Assembly: GCF_024223415.1 (NCBI RefSeq)
Contig: NZ_CP100500.1
Reading direction: 5' to 3' (one strand)
Source of the DNA: Escherichia coli
GTDB lineage: Bacteria; Pseudomonadota; Gammaproteobacteria; Enterobacterales; Enterobacteriaceae
DNA: 64,000 bases
A model generated the notes under the pieces. That model made no database searches. It was not told where the DNA came from and worked only from the letters and a program-made list of their open reading frames with translations. The translations under genes were made by a program, and so were the position numbers. This document shows positions 56,452 through 64,000 of the stretch, piece after piece; positions within the stretch are counted from its first letter, which is position 1; every line of letters starts with the position of its first letter.

Positions 56452-57375
56452 ATGGATAAGTTAAGGGCGCTAATTAGCCGAGCATCTAAGCTTTATAACA
56501 GGAATATAGATCATCTTCCAATAACTTTAGAACTAATCGAGTATTCAATGGGGCTTTTGGATAAGAAAGCAAGTTACGGTTATTTTGGTTCATTTGAAGG
56601 GAAAAAAGAAATAGACTACTATGCATTCTTTAGTAATAACGAGATCTCAAGACCTATTAGAGATGATTTATATATCAGAGATGTAAGTATCTATAAGAAA
56701 TTAAGTGACAACTTGTTTGTCGATTTAAAACAGTTCCGTTCTGTCTGGAGTTCAGATAAATCAATAGTAGCAAATAAAATTATATATACATCAGTTATGT
56801 CAGTTGCCTGCGCTTTTGATTTGTGGAAGAAAGGTAGTAGAAAAACACCTGGTACATTTTTTGAGATTTATATTGCTGCTCTATTGAAAGTAATGCTTCC
56901 GAATGAAGTTTTTTCAAAGCATATCCCATTGATTGATTCGATGAAAAATGATGAGGGGCTTAGAGATTCGGCGAATATTTCTACTGATCTGGTAATAAAA
57001 AGCCGCGCAAATGTTAATCGCGGAGTAGTTATCCCATTAAAAATAACAACAAGAGAGCGTATTGTTCAGCCATTTGCTCATCAACGAATTCTGGATTCAT
57101 ATTTTGGGAATGGTTTTTTTCATTCTTTCTTGGCATGCATTAGTGAAACTCAACAAGATAAGTTTAATCGAGAAGTAAACCATATATGTGTTCCTGGAAC
57201 AATACGATTGTATCAGAAATATTTATCAAGTATTGCGGGAATATATTATTGTGATATTCCAGAGAGATATTTACAAGCTGATTTGACCAGTATAATACCG
57301 GTCAAATCAATGGGGGAGTTTTTGTCAGATATAAATGATTTTTTTATGGAAATAGCTGAATCTGATCCTCATTAG
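56452..57375 (+). CDS. hypothetical protein, candidate restriction endonuclease
   Basis: 307-aa ORF in AT-rich DNA, convergent with and overlapping the cytosine-5 methyltransferase gene by 32 bp; no recognisable family by eye. Confidence 0.6.
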   Translation: MDKLRALISRASKLYNRNIDHLPITLELIEYSMGLLDKKASYGYFGSFEGKKEIDYYAFFSNNEISRPIRDDLYIRDVSIYKKLSDNLFVDLKQFRSVWSSDKSIVANKIIYTSVMSVACAFDLWKKGSRKTPGTFFEIYIAALLKVMLPNEVFSKHIPLIDSMKNDEGLRDSANISTDLVIKSRANVNRGVVIPLKITTRERIVQPFAHQRILDSYFGNGFFHSFLACISETQQDKFNREVNHICVPGTIRLYQKYLSSIAGIYYCDIPERYLQADLTSIIPVKSMGEFLSDINDFFMEIAESDPH

Positions 57376-58468
57376 TCTTCTCAACAGGGTTTTGATAGTT
57401 GCTTTTTTCATAATTTTGTTTATTAAGACATTTAATAATTGCTGTTCCTGCCGCTTTAGCTACTGGCGGCGGAACAGCATTCCCAATTTGTAATCTTATG
57501 GCATCTCTTTTACCATAAAACCGATAGTCAACAGGGAATCCTTGTAACATTGCACCCTCTCTAAGAGTTATAGCTCTGTTCTGAGAAGGATGTCCATATC
57601 TGCCTCTGGTGAAGCTATCAAATCCCGCAGTAATTGTTGGACATTGTTTATCCCATTCAAGCCTCCCGTACACGTCAGGCCATCCGCCGGAGTTAGTATC
57701 AACATTTTGATGGCATTTTAGTCTCAAATCATGCGGAATATCCTTCCACCCCCCTCCGGGGGGAACATAAGAGAACCTTTCTTCATTAAGTTTAGTTATT
57801 TTACACTTAATATGATTAGGTATCTCGCAATGTTCACTATAATCGTCAGGAGGGGGAGGAAGATTACCAATAACATCTTTGATAGTAAGTTCGTTATCAA
57901 CTTTCTCCAGTTTAGGATAATCGCAGTTCTCAGATTTATCTATTCCGATCATAATAAAGCGCCCTCTCTTCTGGGCAACGCCAAAATCTGAAGAGCAAAT
58001 GAAAAAAGTGAATATGTTATATTTAAATAATTTCTCTTTTACTTCTCTTATTAAATCCTGTCCTCTCTTTTGTCCAAAAATTTCGACATTTTCAAACAGA
58101 AAAGCCCGGGGGTTTAGCTCATTTACCAGTCTGGAATATTCCAGTACTAACTTATTTCTTTCATCATTTAACAGATGAGCTCCTTTTCTTTGTTTGGAAA
58201 AGCCCTGACATGGCGGCCCGCCGCTAAAAAGATCCAGTCGGGAGTTTATTCCCGCTTTGTCTAAAAGAAACTTACCGCTAATAACCGAAGCATCTAATTG
58301 AAGACAATGCCCTCCAAGATTATTATTATATGTTTTCACGGCATCCTCATTGATATCAAATGCTAATTTGATATCGAACCCCGCTTGCTTAAGCCCAAGG
58401 GACATTCCTCCAGCACCACAGAAGCCTTCAATGCATGTAAGTTTTTGAACAGTATCAGCTTTACTCAT
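57344..58468 (-). CDS. DNA cytosine-5 methyltransferase
   Basis: Motif I FCGAGG, motif IV PPCQGFS, motif VI ENV, motif VIII QKRGR, motif X GNAV. Confidence 0.85.
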   Translation of the reverse strand: MSKADTVQKLTCIEGFCGAGGMSLGLKQAGFDIKLAFDINEDAVKTYNNNLGGHCLQLDASVISGKFLLDKAGINSRLDLFSGGPPCQGFSKQRKGAHLLNDERNKLVLEYSRLVNELNPRAFLFENVEIFGQKRGQDLIREVKEKLFKYNIFTFFICSSDFGVAQKRGRFIMIGIDKSENCDYPKLEKVDNELTIKDVIGNLPPPPDDYSEHCEIPNHIKCKITKLNEERFSYVPPGGGWKDIPHDLRLKCHQNVDTNSGGWPDVYGRLEWDKQCPTITAGFDSFTRGRYGHPSQNRAITLREGAMLQGFPVDYRFYGKRDAIRLQIGNAVPPPVAKAAGTAIIKCLNKQNYEKSNYQNPVEKTNEDQIQLFP

Positions 58469-59067
58469 GTTAACTCACTTAATGCTCATTAATCTTCCTA
58501 GTATAACGATATTTATCAAACAAAACCATAGCTACATTTTAAACTAAAAGTAGCTAATAAGAACGATTGAATGACTTAATTTATATAAATAAGATATCCA
58601 GTATTGATACATCATGTGTTCAGCATGATGTATGTGCAACTGAAGCATCATTCGAAGTTTTCCTCAATATTCATATTCTGCATATATGCTATTCCAGATA
58701 ACTGGCCTGCCATTCGATATTATGACGAAGCCTGATTATGCTAATGCATCATACGCTATAACCCGGTATTTATGGCCACAGATATTTTGGATTGTGTCAT
58801 CTCCTGTAACCTTAAGGGGGGGATTGACGGTGTTTTATCTGCTTGCCCTGTGAGTACATGCATTTCCATAACATTCAGGCTATTTTCACCTACCGGAATC
58901 TGAAGTTCAGTCAGTATGCCTGCAACCTGTTTATGGTGTTGAACAGGGTTCAATAGCAGAATTTGGGCTTCTGGAGTGAGTTCAGAATGTGTTGGTAAAT
59001 CAAGCCACAATAAAACCGTTCAGTGGTCTGACTGGATGGCTCGTTATTATATCCACAGAGCTCTCAT

Positions 59068-60252
59068 TTATAGTGCGCACCTGGAGAGCGAATCAATGTA
59101 ATCTGCGTACCATTGCATCATTTCACGACGACCATCCAGGTACTGCGCATGGTTATAGGTACCCCTGATGGAATTTTTATCCACATGAGCTAACTGCATT
59201 TCAATCCAGGCAGAATTAAAGCCCTGTTCGTGCAGAATGGTACTCATGGTGTGACGAAAACCATGACCGGTTGCCCTGCCATCGTAACCGATACGTTTGA
59301 GCACCATATTGATGCTGGCTTCGCTCATTGGCTTGTTGATATCACAACGTCCCGGAAAAACCAGCCGGTATTGCCCGGAGAAAGTTTTGAGCTGCAGCAG
59401 AATGTCAGTGGCCTGTCGTGACAGTGGTACGACATGTTTACGTCGCATTTTCATGCGGCTTTCAGGGATTGTCCACAGGGCATTATCAAAATCAATTTCT
59501 GACCATTCAGCGAACCGTAGCTCAATGGTTCTGAGACCTGTCAGAAGCAGAAGATTTGTCGCCATGCGGGTAACAGGACTGCCATGATATTCAGCGAGCT
59601 TCCGGATAAAAGCTGGGAGCTCATCTGCTCTCAGGTGAGGGAAATGCGCCGCTTTTGGTGCCGCCAGTGTACTGGTCAGTTCAGATGCCGGATTGACAGT
59701 GGCTCGTCCGGTGGCGATGGCATAACGAAAAATCTGATTACAGTATTGGCGTACCTTACGAAGTTTCTCCAGCGAGCCACGTTTTTCTATGCGGCGCAGA
59801 ATTTCCAGCATTTCCAGCGGGAGGATATCAGTAACGCTTCGTTTGCCCAGATACGGAAAAATATCTTTATCCAGAGCCTCCAGTACGCTTCTGGCGTAAC
59901 TTTCAGACCATGACAAAGATTTATGCTGGTGCCATTCCGTAGCGAGGGCATGGAACGTATTGGTGGCAGAGATTTTCTGAGTGAGTTTTTCCTTTCGCTT
60001 CTTTTCGCCCGGGTCACCACCTTCGGAGATGATTTTTCGGGCATCGTCGCGTTTGATTCTGGCCTCAGCAAGGGAGACGTCGGGATAGACGCCGAGGGCC
60101 AGTTTTTTCTCTTTTCCTGCTATCCGGTATTTAAGCCGCCAGTAGCGGGCTCCCGTGGTTTTTACCAGCAGATATAAACCACGTTCGTCAGAGAGTTTAT
60201 AGTCTTTTTCTTTAGGTCTGGCTGTTTCGACCTGTCTGGCTGTAAGTGCCAT
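59068..60252 (-). CDS. P4-type tyrosine integrase
   Basis: MALTARQVETARPKEKDYKLSDERGLYL... N-terminus and HxxR...Y catalytic region; AGGAG RBS; adjacent to the tRNA-Phe 3' end. Confidence 0.85.
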   Translation of the reverse strand: MALTARQVETARPKEKDYKLSDERGLYLLVKTTGARYWRLKYRIAGKEKKLALGVYPDVSLAEARIKRDDARKIISEGGDPGEKKRKEKLTQKISATNTFHALATEWHQHKSLSWSESYARSVLEALDKDIFPYLGKRSVTDILPLEMLEILRRIEKRGSLEKLRKVRQYCNQIFRYAIATGRATVNPASELTSTLAAPKAAHFPHLRADELPAFIRKLAEYHGSPVTRMATNLLLLTGLRTIELRFAEWSEIDFDNALWTIPESRMKMRRKHVVPLSRQATDILLQLKTFSGQYRLVFPGRCDINKPMSEASINMVLKRIGYDGRATGHGFRHTMSTILHEQGFNSAWIEMQLAHVDKNSIRGTYNHAQYLDGRREMMQWYADYIDSLSRCAL

Positions 60253-60320
60253 ATGGGGGCTCCTGAAACTGACTGAACACAATGAGCCCCCACCGGTGCC
60301 CCCAATGAACGCTTGATTGA

Positions 60321-60410
60321 GAGAGAGTTCAGTAGAGTTCGGTGGAGTTCAGGATGTTCAGATTGCTTGTAACGATGTGATTATACTTGAGTTTCGTGGA
60401 GTTCGGGAGA
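60321..60410. repeat. phased GAGTTC-type direct repeats (candidate integrase arm-type sites)
   Basis: GAGTTC at 60325, 60335 and 60345 with 10-bp spacing, further GTTC variants to 60407, between int and tRNA. Confidence 0.4.
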
Positions 60411-60428
60411 TGAATCTGGAAGTGAAAG

Positions 60429-60504
60429 TGGTGCCCGGACTCGGAATCGAACCAAGGACACGGGGATTTTCAATCCCCTGCTCTACCGACTGAGCTATCC
60501 GGGC
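60429..60504 (-). tRNA. pheV: tRNA-Phe (anticodon GAA)
   Basis: 76-nt sequence identical to E. coli tRNA-Phe with CCA end; named pheV from yqgA/speC synteny. Confidence 0.95.
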
Positions 60505-60609
60505 AACGGGGCGAATTAAACCTGATTCGCCTCGTCTCGTCAATCAAATTTCTTCAATTTACTGCAGACTGCACAATCTATCATCACTTTGCCGCTATTG
60601 CACGCATTG

Positions 60610-61317
60610 TCAGGCAAACCAGGCGGTCCAGGCGGCGGAAAGCGGCATTGCCAGAAGGAGTGCTGGAAGCATGTTGACCACCGGGAACATTTTAATGCCA
60701 CAGATGCGTAATCCGGTTGCCAGCAGCAATAAACCGCCTACGGCGCTGAAGTCTGCCATCATCGACGGTGTGGTCAGCGGTAATATCAGCGCGGCAGCCC
60801 ACGCCAGCGTTAACTGGATGATCAGTAATGGGATACTAATCACCGATACCGCAATACCCAGCGAGCAGGCGAAGATCATCGCCGTAAAGAAATCAAGAAA
60901 TGACTTGGCGATTAAAATACTCGGATCGCCGGTCATCCCTTCGTTCATCGCCCCGAAGATCCCGGTGCCGCTGGCGCAAAACAGGACAATAATCGCGACA
61001 TAATTCTGAATAAAAGATTCATGCGCTGGCTTCTTACGTGAGTGACGAAACAGATTTTGTGCTTTGGCGACCGCTGTATTGACGCCTTTCTCCAGCAGAC
61101 AAATTTCGCCGATTAATGCTCCGAGTAAGGTTGCTAAAACCATCGCTGGAAGGTTGGCGCATTTCACCACCAGTAAAATACCAATCCCCAGCGATGCCAG
61201 ACCAAAAATTGATGTCATGGAGACGCGGATACGTTCCGGTAAGCGTTGGCTAAGCAGTGCACCGAGCATGCCACCCAGTAATATTGCACTTGCGTTGATA
61301 AAAGGGCCGATGACCAC
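60610..61317 (-). CDS. yqgA: inner membrane protein YqgA-like
   Basis: 235 aa; multi-TM; conserved position between speC and pheV. Confidence 0.8.
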   Translation of the reverse strand: MVIGPFINASAILLGGMLGALLSQRLPERIRVSMTSIFGLASLGIGILLVVKCANLPAMVLATLLGALIGEICLLEKGVNTAVAKAQNLFRHSRKKPAHESFIQNYVAIIVLFCASGTGIFGAMNEGMTGDPSILIAKSFLDFFTAMIFACSLGIAVSVISIPLLIIQLTLAWAAALILPLTTPSMMADFSAVGGLLLLATGLRICGIKMFPVVNMLPALLLAMPLSAAWTAWFA

Positions 61318-61715
61318 AAGAGTTCCTGTTAACTGTATTGTTTGATTTTCTTATTATGAACTTTTTGCCTTGTTGATGGCTTGTCTGGTCGCAAAGTCCT
61401 GGCTTGCACGTCTTAGCGAAAGGTGCCATGATTGCGCGAATTTTCTCCTCTCTGTACGGAGTTTGCCCGATGCACGCCATCTCCTTACATTCTCTCGCTT
61501 ATCGCCGTTTCGCGCGAAACCCTTCTCTTTTTATGCTACTGCTCATGCGGTGAAGTTAACGCACGTTCACTGCAGGACAACAGTAAAATCAGAGCGTTTC
61601 TGCTTTTACTGATGTCTGGCGGTCGGAGCTGGTGACCAGTTTGACCCATATCTCATGGGGCAGGGTTTTACACCTTGTCCGGTATTCTTACTTCCCCGAA
61701 ACGGGTTTTGCGCTT

Positions 61716-63851
61716 ATGAAATCAATGAATATTGCCGCCAGTAGTGAACTGGTATCCCGACTTTCTACTCATCGCCGCGTGGTGGCGTTGGGAGATACTG
61801 ATTTTACGGACGTCGCGGCAGTCGTCATTACCGCTGCGGATAGTCGCAGTGGCATTCTTACGTTGCTTAAGCGCACCGGTTTTCATCTACCGGTGTTTTT
61901 GTATTCCGAACATGCTGTTGAATTACCTGCGGGCGTTACGGCGGTAATCAACGGCAACGAGCAGCATTGGCTGGAGCTGGAATCCGCAGCCTGTCAGTAT
62001 GAAGAGAATTTGCTGCCACCGTTTTATGACACGCTGACGCAGTACGTTGAGATGGGCAACAGCACCTTTGCTTGCCCTGGGCATCAACATGGTGCGTTTT
62101 TTAAAAAGCATCCTGCCGGACGCCATTTTTACGATTTCTTTGGTGAGAACGTCTTTCGCGCCGATATGTGTAACGCTGACGTAAAATTGGGCGATCTGCT
62201 TATTCATGAAGGATCGGCGAAAGATGCGCAGAAATTCGCAGCCAAAGTCTTTCATGCCGATAAAACCTATTTTGTACTGAACGGCACATCGGCAGCGAAT
62301 AAAGTGGTGACGAATGCGCTGTTAACGCGTGGCGATCTGGTGCTCTTCGACCGTAACAACCATAAGTCGAATCATCACGGCGCGCTGATTCAGGCGGGGG
62401 CGACGCCGGTCTATCTGGAAGCTTCACGCAACCCGTTTGGTTTCATTGGCGGTATTGATGCGCACTGTTTTAATGAAGAGTATCTGCGCCAGCAAATTCG
62501 CGACGTTGCGCCAGAAAAAGCCGACCTGCCGCGCCCGTTTCGCCTGGCGATTATTCAGCTGGGAACCTATGACGGCACTGTCTATAACGCCCGTCAGGTG
62601 ATCGATACCATTGGGCACCTGTGTGATTACATTCTGTTTGATTCCGCGTGGGTCGGTTACGAACAGTTTATCCCGATGATGGCGGATAGCTCGCCGCTGC
62701 TGTTAGAACTTAACGAAAACGATCCAGGGATCTTTGTGACTCAGTCGGTGCACAAACAGCAGGCGGGATTCTCACAGACGTCGCAGATCCATAAAAAAGA
62801 TAACCATATCCGCGGACAGGCGCGTTTTTGCCCGCATAAGCGATTGAATAACGCCTTTATGTTCCATGCTTCTACCAGCCCTTTCTATCCGCTGTTTGCT
62901 GCACTGGATGTTAACGCCAAAATTCATGAAGGGGAGAGTGGGCGTCGGCTGTGGGCTGAGTGCGTTGAGTTGGGTATTGAGTCGCGCAAGGCTATTCTTG
63001 CGCGCTGTAAGCTGTTCCGCCCGTTTATCCCGCCCGTTGTTGATGGCAAATTGTGGCAGGATTATCCGACATCAGTGTTAGCCAGCGACCGCCGTTTTTT
63101 CAGTTTTGAGCCGGGGGCGAAGTGGCACGGCTTTGAAGGATATGCCGCGGATCAGTATTTTGTTGATCCGTGCAAGCTGTTACTCACTACACCAGGTATC
63201 GATGCCGAAACCGGCGAATATAGCGACTTTGGCGTTCCGGCGACGATTCTGGCGCACTATCTGCGTGAGAACGGCATTGTGCCGGAGAAGTGCGATCTCA
63301 ACTCCATTCTGTTCTTATTAACTCCGGCGGAAAGCCACGAGAAGCTGGCACAACTGGTGGCGATGCTGGCGCAATTTGAACAGCATATTGAGGATGACTC
63401 GCCGCTGGCTGAGGTGTTGCCGAGCGTTTATAACAAATATCCGGTGCGCTATCGCGACTACACCCTGCGCCAGTTGTGTCAGGAGATGCACGATCTGTAT
63501 GTCAGTTTCGACGTCAAAGACCTACAAAAAGCGATGTTCCGCCAGCAGAGTTTCCCGTCAGTGGTGATGAACCCCCAGGATGCGCATAGCGCTTATATTC
63601 GCGGTGACGTGGAGTTGGTGCGGATTCGTGATGCCGAAGGGCGAATTGCGGCAGAAGGGGCGTTGCCTTATCCACCTGGCGTGCTTTGCGTGGTACCCGG
63701 GGAAGTCTGGGGTGGGGCGGTTCAACGTTATTTCCTTGCACTGGAAGAAGGGGTGAATTTGTTGCCGGGATTTTCGCCGGAGCTGCAAGGTGTTTATAGC
63801 GAAACCGATGCGGATGGCATGAAACGGTTGTACGGTTATGTGTTGAAGTAA
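61716..63851 (+). CDS. speC: ornithine decarboxylase, constitutive
   Basis: 711-aa protein starting MKSMNIAASSELVSRL..., near-identical to E. coli SpeC. Confidence 0.9.
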   Translation: MKSMNIAASSELVSRLSTHRRVVALGDTDFTDVAAVVITAADSRSGILTLLKRTGFHLPVFLYSEHAVELPAGVTAVINGNEQHWLELESAACQYEENLLPPFYDTLTQYVEMGNSTFACPGHQHGAFFKKHPAGRHFYDFFGENVFRADMCNADVKLGDLLIHEGSAKDAQKFAAKVFHADKTYFVLNGTSAANKVVTNALLTRGDLVLFDRNNHKSNHHGALIQAGATPVYLEASRNPFGFIGGIDAHCFNEEYLRQQIRDVAPEKADLPRPFRLAIIQLGTYDGTVYNARQVIDTIGHLCDYILFDSAWVGYEQFIPMMADSSPLLLELNENDPGIFVTQSVHKQQAGFSQTSQIHKKDNHIRGQARFCPHKRLNNAFMFHASTSPFYPLFAALDVNAKIHEGESGRRLWAECVELGIESRKAILARCKLFRPFIPPVVDGKLWQDYPTSVLASDRRFFSFEPGAKWHGFEGYAADQYFVDPCKLLLTTPGIDAETGEYSDFGVPATILAHYLRENGIVPEKCDLNSILFLLTPAESHEKLAQLVAMLAQFEQHIEDDSPLAEVLPSVYNKYPVRYRDYTLRQLCQEMHDLYVSFDVKDLQKAMFRQQSFPSVVMNPQDAHSAYIRGDVELVRIRDAEGRIAAEGALPYPPGVLCVVPGEVWGGAVQRYFLALEEGVNLLPGFSPELQGVYSETDADGMKRLYGYVLK

Positions 63852-63857
63852 GAATAA

Positions 63858-63895
63858 AAAAAACGGGTCGCCTTCTGGCGACCCGTTTTTCTTTG
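63858..63895. terminator. bidirectional rho-independent terminator
   Basis: AAAACGGGTCGCC-loop-GGCGACCCGTTTT with A-run before and T-run after; between convergent speC and the next gene. Confidence 0.6.
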
Positions 63896-63902
63896 CGTAA
63901 TT

Positions 63903-64000
63903 AGTGGCTAACCGTCTGTGTACCTGTCGGGACACGAACGTGTTTATATTTGAACATCGCCATGAACGCGAAGGCCAGAACCACGGAGTAACCAGCGAAA
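63903..64000 (-). CDS. nupG: 3' end of a membrane transporter gene, likely nucleoside permease (5' part outside the window)
   Basis: Hydrophobic C-terminal peptide ...FAGYSVVLAFAFMAMFKYKHVRVPTGTQTVSH; classical nupG-speC linkage; symbol is tentative. Confidence 0.5.

Overview
This window reads as Escherichia coli chromosome: the core genes yqgA, tRNA-Phe (pheV-type), speC and a nupG-like 3' end sit at the right edge, with IS1 and IS2 copies to their left. The rest is accessory DNA. (1) A myo-inositol catabolism cluster (iolA 3' end, iolD, iolG, an ABC transporter, a Gfo/Idh/MocA oxidoreductase, iolC, iolE, iolB). (2) A 37.6-kb Mu-like transposable prophage (6063-43681) inserted inside the ABC transporter ATPase gene, with a short target duplication, Mu-type terminal inverted repeats, transposase A/B, Gam, GemA, Mor, a divergent repressor/Ner-like switch, a full head-tail-lysis operon and a decayed Gin invertase. 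(3) IS2 (with 5-bp target duplication) and IS1 (truncating a gene). (4) A phosphoethanolamine-transferase family gene. (5) An AT-rich islet next to tRNA-Phe carrying a P4-type integrase, an integrase remnant, and a convergent cytosine-5 methyltransferase plus unknown 307-aa gene pair that looks like a Type II restriction-modification system. The best candidates for an undescribed system are the opposite-strand accessory module inside the prophage (31178-32460: P-loop NTPase plus two small overlapping genes), the terminator-insulated membrane-protein gene at the prophage right end (42688-43320), and the uncharacterised partner of the methyltransferase (56452-57375). All family assignments come from reading the translations and motifs by eye; no database search was run.
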